Shown: one piece after another, positions 40,356-48,712 of the stretch
Layout: every line of letters begins with the position of its first letter
Numbering within the stretch: position 1 is the stretch's first letter
DNA from: Spirochaetaceae bacterium
GTDB lineage: Bacteria > Spirochaetota > Spirochaetia > DSM-2461
Direction: 5' to 3'
DNA: 64,000 nucleotides
Assembly (NCBI GenBank): GCA_051531975.1
Contig: JAOPTT010000004.1
Coordinates: 192,001 to 256,000, forward strand
The notes under the pieces: model-generated
Databases searched by the model: none
Told to the model about the DNA's origin: nothing
What the model saw: only the letters and a program-made list of their open reading frames with translations
Position numbers and translations under genes: made by a program

Positions 40356-41666
40356 TTATTTAGTAGGATTGAATTGAGATGCTTCTACGTCCCATTCCTT
40401 ATCAAGTTTAGCTGTAAACTCATCAACAGTTTTGTCGGAAGTTACAAATTCTTGGAAAGCTTTGTAGGCATAATTTCTGAATGATCCAGGAAGCTCGTTT
40501 TCTCCCCAAAGAGTGTTCCAGTTCCCAGCATTAAAAACACTTGAGTTCATTGCTGCTGAAACATCAGAAAGAATACTTGATTCGTAAGGTATATCCATCT
40601 TTGCTGATGCTGCGGATAATTGGTTTGTTTTTTGAAGATATTCTGTGTAATTTTCAGGAGCAAACCAAAACTTATTAAATTCTTCAAATGCTTTAACTTT
40701 TGCTGGATCCATTGATGCTTCTTTTGAAAGAGCCCAACCAGCAAGTTTAGGACCGAACATTAGTTTCAGAGTTCCATCGTTATCAGGTATTGGAGCCCAA
40801 CCTAAGTCAAACTCTGGGTCAGCATCTATAACTTGTTGTATCATCCATGTTCCTGAAATAAACATAGCAGCCTTTCCAGTAATTAGGAATGAAGCGATCT
40901 GGTTATCTCCAGTACTAAGAAATCCTTTCTCAATATAACCTTTTTTCCATAAATCGGCATATTCTGTAAAACTAGCCTTCATATCTGGGTCAGAGAAGCT
41001 TACTTTTCCTCTGTATCTGTCTGCTGTCCAGTTAGGGTTTTTAGAGGCAACGTTGTTTACCCAAAAGTGACCCCATGAGAATCCCATATGCCAGCCATCT
41101 TTTCCACCTACAACTATAGGAGCAGTTCCACTATCTTTAATAGTTTCACAAATATTTAGGAAGTCATCATATGTTTTAGGTTCTTTTAGACCTAATTCGT
41201 CAAATAATTGCTTATTGTAATAGATTCCTCCGGCAGCCGGAGCAATGGAGATAGGAGCAACGTAATATTTACCATCAAGTGCAGGAGCTTCTTTAACAAG
41301 GCTTTTTACACTTGCTGGAAGTTCTGCTATTTTATTAGCTCTAACCCATACGGCTGTGTCTCTAGAATCGATCATATCCGGGAATTCACCAACGGCGTCT
41401 TTTGTTTTTAGAAATTCTAGGTAGGCACCTGATCCTGAAGGCATCTGTATAACATTATACTGAGGGTTTTCTTCCATGAACTTCATTACTCTATCCGCTG
41501 TCATTTGCTTAACTAGAGGGTCTCCACCGGCATAACCGAATGTGATTGTAATCTTTTCTACCTCTGGTACACCTGCATCGGCAGTTTCATTCTGCCCACC
41601 TGCGAAGAGTGAAGTTGCCATAAGAGCCATTGCTGCTAATAGTAAACCTAATTTTTTTAAACTCAC
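40356..41666 (-). CDS. Carbohydrate ABC transporter substrate-binding protein
   Basis: Signal peptide ending LFAGGQNE; YYNKQLFDELG, GKAAMFISGTW; GTG start with AAGGAG RBS. Confidence 0.92.
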   Translation of the reverse strand: MSLKKLGLLLAAMALMATSLFAGGQNETADAGVPEVEKITITFGYAGGDPLVKQMTADRVMKFMEENPQYNVIQMPSGSGAYLEFLKTKDAVGEFPDMIDSRDTAVWVRANKIAELPASVKSLVKEAPALDGKYYVAPISIAPAAGGIYYNKQLFDELGLKEPKTYDDFLNICETIKDSGTAPIVVGGKDGWHMGFSWGHFWVNNVASKNPNWTADRYRGKVSFSDPDMKASFTEYADLWKKGYIEKGFLSTGDNQIASFLITGKAAMFISGTWMIQQVIDADPEFDLGWAPIPDNDGTLKLMFGPKLAGWALSKEASMDPAKVKAFEEFNKFWFAPENYTEYLQKTNQLSAASAKMDIPYESSILSDVSAAMNSSVFNAGNWNTLWGENELPGSFRNYAYKAFQEFVTSDKTVDEFTAKLDKEWDVEASQFNPTK

Positions 41667-41718
41667 TTGTTTCTCCTTTTAGTCCATTATACATGAACTG
41701 TATTGTTAATATAAAAAA

Positions 41719-41772
41719 ATAGTACCATGTCAATTTCAGTCCATGGTGGGTGAAATTCACTAATTTGTGGGT
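41719..41772 (-). promoter_or_regulatory. Activator direct-repeat site plus extended -10 (ABC operon promoter)
   Basis: Minus strand ACCCAC-N15-ACCCAC-N18-TGGTACTAT. Confidence 0.78.
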
Positions 41773-41780
41773 AAAATTAA

Positions 41781-43343
41781 TTAGTACTCACTTTCAAGAA
41801 CATGAGCTGCCCATGTTGGGTCAGCAGTTAACCTCTGAATAACAGGATCAATATCCCTCTCTAAAATAAGAGTGTTAAATAGTTTCATTTCCATTGAGGA
41901 TTGAATATTTGAATACTGTGATAGATTATATAGATTATAGGACTCTTTAGGATCTTCATTTAAATTGTAGAGTTGTCCACCTGTGTCTCCTGCATAATAT
42001 ACCAGTTTCCAGCCATCGTCTCTTATAAGGACATGCTGATCCGGAAAGGCAACACTCAGAGTAGAACAGACGTGATGTACAGTTAGAGAAGATCTCATTT
42101 TATCCCTATTCCCGCAGAAAAGATCTTTCTGAGAAATTCCATCGTAAGGCATAATTGGTAGGTCATTTGAACCCTTTATTCCAGTAAAATCTAGTATTGT
42201 AGGAACTATGTCTATAAAAGAAAAAAGGGCATCACTTTTATCGCCTTTTAGGATATACCCAGGGTATGAGGCTATGAAAGGAACGTTTATGTACTCTTCC
42301 CAGCAAACTCCACCTTTAGCCATCATCCCATGTGCTCCCATAAATTCTCCATGATCTGTAGTAAAAATAACTAGAGTATTATCTCTTTGTCCAGTCTGCT
42401 CTAATGCCTGGAGTATTCTACCTACATTTTTGTCTATAAGAGAGACCGACCCCCAATAAGCCCGTGTTATAATATCTATATCGTTATCATCTGAAATTTT
42501 ATGTCCTCCACCATCGTAGTCGGGAAACTTTCCATTTTTAAGGTATTTCTTCATGGTTAGGGGATAGTTTTCTAGGTTAGGGTCATTAGAAAAAGAATCA
42601 TATGCTGTATCTATAGGTGTATCCTTATACATCTCGTAGTATTCAGGAGGTGTCATTAGAGGCCAATGTGGATCAGGAAAACTACTGAAGCAATAAAAAG
42701 GTTCATTATTTTTTGATGCCTTTTCTATAAAATCTACTGTTTGGTTCCCCACATATGTTGAAGAATGTACTTCTTCAGGAATTTGAGTTCTATAGACTCC
42801 TTGGCCACAACTTACTGGCGCAGATTTAAGATTTTCCTCGAAAAAGAGTTTAATTTTATCATCGTGATTTTTTTTCATCCATTGCCCATAGTGACCGGTC
42901 AGGGGATTACTATGCCCAAGAATAATATCCACAGATTCAAATCCGGCATATGGACCATTCCAGCCATCATATTTTCCATTAACCCAGTCTTCAATAGATT
43001 CTTCTGTCCCTTTAGTCTGCTGAGATTTGAAATGAGGTTTACCTATGAAATGTGTTAAGTATCCATTTTCTTTTAATATCTCTCCTAAGCATCTCTCCTT
43101 GTCAGGAAGACTACTGTTGTGCTGTGTGGCTCCATGATGAATAGACTTTCTGCCTGTTATCATAGTATTTCGTGAAGGAATACTAATAGGATTTTCACAA
43201 TAGGCTTTATCCAAAGTTATTCCTGATTCCGCTAATTTGTCGAGATTGGGTGTTTTTATTAGCTTATTTCCATATGCTCCCAGGGTTCTTTTTTGCTGCT
43301 GATCTGTTGTAATAAACAGTATATTGGTTGGCTTTTTCATCAT
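41781..43343 (-). CDS. S1 formylglycine-dependent sulfatase (Ser-type, cytoplasmic)
   Basis: NILFITTDQ, TPNLDKLA, SIPSRNTMITGR, GKPH, PDPHWP, TTDHG, LYNLNEDPKE. Confidence 0.9.
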   Translation of the reverse strand: MMKKPTNILFITTDQQQKRTLGAYGNKLIKTPNLDKLAESGITLDKAYCENPISIPSRNTMITGRKSIHHGATQHNSSLPDKERCLGEILKENGYLTHFIGKPHFKSQQTKGTEESIEDWVNGKYDGWNGPYAGFESVDIILGHSNPLTGHYGQWMKKNHDDKIKLFFEENLKSAPVSCGQGVYRTQIPEEVHSSTYVGNQTVDFIEKASKNNEPFYCFSSFPDPHWPLMTPPEYYEMYKDTPIDTAYDSFSNDPNLENYPLTMKKYLKNGKFPDYDGGGHKISDDNDIDIITRAYWGSVSLIDKNVGRILQALEQTGQRDNTLVIFTTDHGEFMGAHGMMAKGGVCWEEYINVPFIASYPGYILKGDKSDALFSFIDIVPTILDFTGIKGSNDLPIMPYDGISQKDLFCGNRDKMRSSLTVHHVCSTLSVAFPDQHVLIRDDGWKLVYYAGDTGGQLYNLNEDPKESYNLYNLSQYSNIQSSMEMKLFNTLILERDIDPVIQRLTADPTWAAHVLESEY

Positions 43344-43350
43344 ATTCTGA

Positions 43351-43404
43351 ATATTATCATGTGATAGATTTTTTATAGTGGGTGATCTACATAATATAGT
43401 GGGT
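43351..43404 (-). promoter_or_regulatory. Activator direct-repeat site plus extended -10 (sulfatase promoter, leaderless)
   Basis: Minus strand ACCCAC-N15-ACCCAC-N18-TGATAATAT, 7 nt before ATG. Confidence 0.78.
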
Positions 43405-43541
43405 AAAGTTAACCAGTGTTGGAATAGCTATTCACTTTTCATAAAGTATATAAATTTTTACAAATAAAATCTCGTAATAATAGTCTACTATTTTACATGT
43501 GCTTCTTTAATTATAAAAAATAATAGTTTGAAAATATCTTC

Positions 43542-43580
43542 ATGCAACCGCTTGCATTATGTGGAATCTCATGTTATATT
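43542..43580 (+). promoter_or_regulatory. LacI-type operator overlapping the -35 of the glmS operon promoter
   Basis: ATGCAACCGCTTGCAT (43542-43557); TTGCAT-N17-TATATT with an extended TG. Confidence 0.65.
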
Positions 43581-43729
43581 TTAATATATTCGTGTGAAAG
43601 AAGTCACTTATTGTTGATATCTTGCCCGAAAGCGGGCAAAATCAGATAGTTTATAGCATTATTTGAACTTTTTTCCTAAAAACTATGGAAAAAAGAGTGC
43701 ATTTTGGTAGTATTTACAGGAGAAAGCGT

Positions 43730-44002
43730 TTGAGTGAAATCAGCCTAGAAGAAAATTTTGAAAAGTATCTTTTGTCATCCTACTCTTTAGAGCAGAATGA
43801 ACTTTATCAGTTGTTAGATGAATTGTCTGGAGCTTTTGATAGCTCTGTTGAAAACTATATTCAGCGAAGACATGTTTCTCTTCAGAAAGAGGGAAAAAAG
43901 AATGCTACAATTTACGAAATACTTCAGAAGGAGATAAGAGCACAACGTTTTCGTGGACCTGATTTATCAGTCAGGCAGATACGTAGAGCAATCTACGGTT
44001 AA
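43730..44002 (+). CDS. Small helical hypothetical protein upstream of glmS
   Basis: TTG start after AGGAG (the track starts it at 43685); C-terminal YIQRRH...LSVRQIRRAIYG; 14 bp before glmS. Confidence 0.75.
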   Translation: MSEISLEENFEKYLLSSYSLEQNELYQLLDELSGAFDSSVENYIQRRHVSLQKEGKKNATIYEILQKEIRAQRFRGPDLSVRQIRRAIYG

Positions 44003-44016
44003 TTTAGGAGAACTAT

Positions 44017-45852
44017 ATGTGCGGAATTGTTGGTTATATCGGCCCTCGGAAAGCTGTTTCTGTTTTAATGCAGGGACTTAAGCAGTTAGAATACAGAGGG
44101 TATGACTCTTCAGGTATTAGTGTTTTAAATACAGGAAACATTAAAACATTTAAAAGTATTGGTAAATTAGTTAATTTAGAATCAATTGTCCCAGAAAAAA
44201 GTCGAGCAAAATCTGGAATTGGTCATACACGTTGGGCAACCCACGGTAAAGTAACAGATAAAAATGCCCATCCCCATATAAGTAATTGTGGAAAAATATC
44301 AGTTGTACATAATGGAATTATAGATAACTATATCACACTAAAAAAAGAATTAATAGATTTAGGTTATACATTTAATAGTGAAACTGATTCTGAGGTTTTA
44401 GTTCACTTAATTCATTCATATATAGAGAAAGGAAATGAACCCGTTGCATCGGTACAAAAGGCTTTAGAGCGTCTAGATGGAACCTATGGTGTTGTTGTTC
44501 TATTTGCTGAGCACCCAGATATGATAATAGGAGCAAGGAATGGTAGCCCATTAATTGTAGGTGTTGGTGATGGTGAAATGTTTTTAGGTTCAGATGCAAC
44601 AGCTTTTATTGGTCTTTCAAAACAAGCGATATATTTAGACGATGGTGAGTTAGTTGTTTTAACAGCAAAAAGTTATCAGACAATAAATAGGAATAATAAG
44701 GTTGTGGAGAAGGAGTTAGAAGCTATAGCTCTTGAAACGACAAAAACATTAAAAGGTGATTACCCTCATTTCTTTTTAAAAGAGATACATGAACAACCAG
44801 AATCTATTCGACGTGCAATTGGTGACGGAGGACGACTACTTCCTGAATTTGGTACGGCTAAACTTGGTGGTTTAAATCTAGATAAAAGAGATTTTTTTGA
44901 TATTAAAAGAATACATATCATAGCTATGGGTTCTGCACTATATTCTGGTATGGTTGGAGCATCTGTTATAGAGAATTTAGCACGAATACCAACACAAGTT
45001 TTTGATGCATCGGAACTTAGATATTCAAACCCAATTGTAGATAAAGAGACTCTTTTTATTGCTGTTAGTCAGTCTGGAGAGACTGCGGATACTATTCTTG
45101 CAGTAAAAGAGATTCTTAACAAAGGTGGTAGGGTATTAGGAGTTATTAATAGTGTGGGATCTACTCTTGCTAGACTTACACATGGTGGAATGTATATTCA
45201 TGCTGGGCAAGAGGTTTCTGTTGCCGCAACAAAATCTTTCTCTAATCAGATTACAGTATTAAACTTATTTGCATTAGTTTTAGGTCGAATGAGAGATGTT
45301 CCTTTAAGTCGTGGAAAAGAGTTAGTTCAACAACTTTTATCTTTACCAGATAAAGTAGAAGAAGCTCTTAAATGTAAAGAAATTGTAAAAAAAATTGCTT
45401 ATAAATATAAAGATTCTAGTAGTATACTATTTTTAGCTAGAGGAACTAATTATCCTATAGCCTTAGAGGGAGCTCTAAAAGTTAAAGAGGTCAGTTATTT
45501 ACATGCTGAAGGATTCTCTGCTGGAGGCCTGAAACATGGACCATTAGCTCTTGTTTGTCCTGAAACTCCATCTGTATTTATTGTAACAGAGGGAGAATAT
45601 TTTGAAAAAATGATAGGTAATATTCAAGAGGTTATAGCACGAGATGGTAAAGCTATTATTATAACTACATCAAAAGATAAGAGGTTAGAAGAACTAGCAG
45701 ATGACTATATTCAGGTCCCTGAAATTGATGAACTTCTATCACCATTATTAACTATTATCCCAATGCAGTTATTTTCGTATTATATATCTTTAGCGTTAGG
45801 TCGAGATATTGACCAACCAAGAAACTTAGCCAAAAGTGTAACAACAGAATAG
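44017..45852 (+). CDS. glmS: Glutamine-fructose-6-phosphate transaminase (isomerizing)
   Basis: MCGIVG, LEYRGYDS, GHTRWATHG, HNG, SQSGETADT, LKHGP, PRNLAKSVTTE. Confidence 0.96.
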   Translation: MCGIVGYIGPRKAVSVLMQGLKQLEYRGYDSSGISVLNTGNIKTFKSIGKLVNLESIVPEKSRAKSGIGHTRWATHGKVTDKNAHPHISNCGKISVVHNGIIDNYITLKKELIDLGYTFNSETDSEVLVHLIHSYIEKGNEPVASVQKALERLDGTYGVVVLFAEHPDMIIGARNGSPLIVGVGDGEMFLGSDATAFIGLSKQAIYLDDGELVVLTAKSYQTINRNNKVVEKELEAIALETTKTLKGDYPHFFLKEIHEQPESIRRAIGDGGRLLPEFGTAKLGGLNLDKRDFFDIKRIHIIAMGSALYSGMVGASVIENLARIPTQVFDASELRYSNPIVDKETLFIAVSQSGETADTILAVKEILNKGGRVLGVINSVGSTLARLTHGGMYIHAGQEVSVAATKSFSNQITVLNLFALVLGRMRDVPLSRGKELVQQLLSLPDKVEEALKCKEIVKKIAYKYKDSSSILFLARGTNYPIALEGALKVKEVSYLHAEGFSAGGLKHGPLALVCPETPSVFIVTEGEYFEKMIGNIQEVIARDGKAIIITTSKDKRLEELADDYIQVPEIDELLSPLLTIIPMQLFSYYISLALGRDIDQPRNLAKSVTTE

Positions 45853-45863
45853 AAGGATAGTAT

Positions 45864-48620
45864 ATGAAAAGGTTTTTCCAGTTAGTGCTTATATTTACTG
45901 TTTCAGTTAATTTATGGGCTCAGTATGACCCGTCTACTAATTGGAAAAAACTTAAGACAGAGCATTTTAATATCGTTTTTGATTCCAGAATCGAAAACGA
46001 TGCACAAAAAATAGCAAATGATATGGAGTTCTTATATAAATCGTTAACTGAAGATATGGGTGGAACAATAGATAGATATACAATTGTTCTTCCTGCTGAT
46101 CTTGTAGATAGTAATGGTTATGTTAGTTCAATAAATAACACCAGTGTCTTTTATTCTGTTCCTCCTATTGATGCCTTTGCTGGATCTGTGGAATGGTATC
46201 GAATATTAACCATTCATGAGACTAGACATATGGCCCAGTATTCTAATATCAGAAATTCTGTTCTTCAAAAAATATTGGAAATTCTATTTGGTTCTGGAGG
46301 TGTCTTAGGTGCAGTTTTAATACCCTCATATTTTTATGAGGGGGATGCTATTTTATCAGAAACACTGTTAACGGATTATGGGCGGGGAAGATCCCCTAAT
46401 TTTGAACGTTCATTAAGAACAATTTTATTAAACAATAAAGAGTATTCCTTTGCAAAAGCATTTCATGGATCAAATAAAGATTATTATCCAAACGAATATG
46501 TATTAGGTTATTATCTAATGACCAATTTAAAAAAAGAGTTTGGCTTCGATATTTTAGAAAAAATAAGTTCTGCTGCTGGTAATAACCCGCTGCCTATGAA
46601 CTTCTCTGCTGCAGCAGCTAAAGAGACAGGAAAGTCTATTGTTTCAGTTTATAAAGATACAATGTCTGAATTAAAACAGTTATGGACAGAACAAGATAAT
46701 AAGGTTAAACCTACAAAAACAGATGTTATTTCTTTACCTAAAAAAGTAAGATTTTCAAACTTAAAGTACCCAACAATAGGGTCTGATGGTAATTTACTCT
46801 ATCTAGAGTATCATTATGACCGTGATGTAGCATATAAGCAGTTTTTAGTTTCCCAGTCTACAAATGACAAAGTTGAACATATAGCTCTATATGGTGATTT
46901 TTCAGAATTTAATTCCAATGTAATTTATTCTAGTTTTGCATATAATTCTAGATGGAGTTATACTGAGTATTCCAACATTCATAAATATAACTTAAACACT
47001 AAAACAAACGTAACATTAACAAAAAAACAGCGCTATTTTAATCCTGTATATTCTAAAAATGGGGAAATAATCGCTGCTATAGAGCACTCTACGAATAGGA
47101 TTGTTTCTATTGTGTTATTAGATTCAGAATCAGGAAACTTAATAAAAAAGGTAGAACTTAATAATGTTGATATGGTCACTGGTCTGTCTTGGGGTGATAA
47201 TGGTAATATTGCTATTTCGGCAATAAACTCCCAAGGTAGTTTTATTGGAATATTAGAACCAGATTCTACAGAGATAACTTTTATTACAGAACCTGATAAT
47301 TTAGAGAGAAGCTTTCCCATACTATATGAAGATAAAATACTGTTTTTAACTTCTTATTCAGGGATTGAAAATATACATGCTATAGATCTAAATACCAAAG
47401 AAGAATTTCAATTAGTTTCAACTCGATTTGGAGCAAACTATCCAGAAGTAAAAGGTGATGTCTTATATTTTTCTAGCTATGGTTTAGATGGCTATAGTAT
47501 AACTAGTCTTGAATTAAAAAGTTCGGATTGGATTCCTTTAGATATAATAAAACAAGATCATGTCGACTATTTTAAGCCACTTGTAAATGATGATAAAACC
47601 CCTATATCTGAAGATCAAGAATTTATTGAGTATAATTCTGAAAAATATAACCCATATACCCATTTAATTGATGTTCATAGTTGGGTACTAAATCCTTTTA
47701 TTCCTGTAATAACAAATACAGACCTTTATAATGCAGAAACAGAAACTTATTTTGATACTATGGAGTTGGTACTGTTTTCTGATGATCATTTAGATTATTT
47801 AAGTTTAATTGGATATGGGCATTATAAAATATCTACTGAATCATGGGACTTTGGCTTAGAAGCAGCCTTTTCTGGACTTTATCCTGAAGTAACATTGGAT
47901 ATAGATCTTTACTCCGATGAATTGGGTTCTGGTCTTACTACATTAGAAGTTGACTTTACTAGTTATATTCCATTTGACTTTTCAACTTCATCTAGGGCGA
48001 CGATTTATTCTATAGGTATAAGTCCCTACCATTATCAGGACTTTTCTGCTGATTATATATATACAAAAATGTATTACTTTATAGATCTGTCTATATTAGA
48101 TGCCTCTGGCTTTGAATTAGATATTCAGTTACTTTTTGGACACGGAATTGATATAGATGAAGATAATACATTAGGGCTGATTTCAGAATTTCAACTCCCT
48201 GGTTTTTATGGAAACCAGACTCTTTCAATTACAAGTGAACAAAAAGTAAATGTAGAAGGCTATTCCTCGGTTACTAGTTCCTTGTTGAGCTTGGTTGATG
48301 ATTCGCTTTTAACACTTGATTTAGAAGAAACGGCTTTTATGTCATATCAAAGTCTAAAATATAATACACCATTCTTTTATCCTGATCTTTCAATATTTAA
48401 TTGGGCTTATTTAACAAATTTCACATTCTCGGCAGGATATGAATCTATTTTTTCTTTAGATTCCGATTATAATAGCCTAGCGTTTGGTGAAATATCTATG
48501 GGTTATTTTTTATTAAGGATCCCAATAGAGTTATCTACAAGTTTTACATATTTTTATAATATAGATGCTGAAACTTGGGACTATAAGTTCAATCCTATAA
48601 ACTTTGATTATTCAATATGA
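45864..48620 (+). CDS. Exported protein: gluzincin-like HExxH domain, TolB-like propeller, beta-rich (barrel-like) C-terminus
   Basis: Signal peptide; WKKLKTEHF; IHETRH...YEGDA; PD40-like repeats (FNPVYSKNG, GLSWG); aromatic beta-strand C-terminus. Confidence 0.6.
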   Translation: MKRFFQLVLIFTVSVNLWAQYDPSTNWKKLKTEHFNIVFDSRIENDAQKIANDMEFLYKSLTEDMGGTIDRYTIVLPADLVDSNGYVSSINNTSVFYSVPPIDAFAGSVEWYRILTIHETRHMAQYSNIRNSVLQKILEILFGSGGVLGAVLIPSYFYEGDAILSETLLTDYGRGRSPNFERSLRTILLNNKEYSFAKAFHGSNKDYYPNEYVLGYYLMTNLKKEFGFDILEKISSAAGNNPLPMNFSAAAAKETGKSIVSVYKDTMSELKQLWTEQDNKVKPTKTDVISLPKKVRFSNLKYPTIGSDGNLLYLEYHYDRDVAYKQFLVSQSTNDKVEHIALYGDFSEFNSNVIYSSFAYNSRWSYTEYSNIHKYNLNTKTNVTLTKKQRYFNPVYSKNGEIIAAIEHSTNRIVSIVLLDSESGNLIKKVELNNVDMVTGLSWGDNGNIAISAINSQGSFIGILEPDSTEITFITEPDNLERSFPILYEDKILFLTSYSGIENIHAIDLNTKEEFQLVSTRFGANYPEVKGDVLYFSSYGLDGYSITSLELKSSDWIPLDIIKQDHVDYFKPLVNDDKTPISEDQEFIEYNSEKYNPYTHLIDVHSWVLNPFIPVITNTDLYNAETETYFDTMELVLFSDDHLDYLSLIGYGHYKISTESWDFGLEAAFSGLYPEVTLDIDLYSDELGSGLTTLEVDFTSYIPFDFSTSSRATIYSIGISPYHYQDFSADYIYTKMYYFIDLSILDASGFELDIQLLFGHGIDIDEDNTLGLISEFQLPGFYGNQTLSITSEQKVNVEGYSSVTSSLLSLVDDSLLTLDLEETAFMSYQSLKYNTPFFYPDLSIFNWAYLTNFTFSAGYESIFSLDSDYNSLAFGEISMGYFLLRIPIELSTSFTYFYNIDAETWDYKFNPINFDYSI

Positions 48621-48712
48621 TAATTCTGATTTGTACTATTACAAATAATTAACTTGCAGGCAGTGGCTCAAATGGTTAAACTACAAAGAAGTTTGCAAAC
48701 AAGGGAGAATAC

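Noticed and set aside
43581..43729. glmS ribozyme or c-di-GMP-I riboswitch
   Set aside because: No AGCGCC/GACGAGG ribozyme core. GGGCAAA is present, but the GACGCAAAGC partner and second stem are missing.
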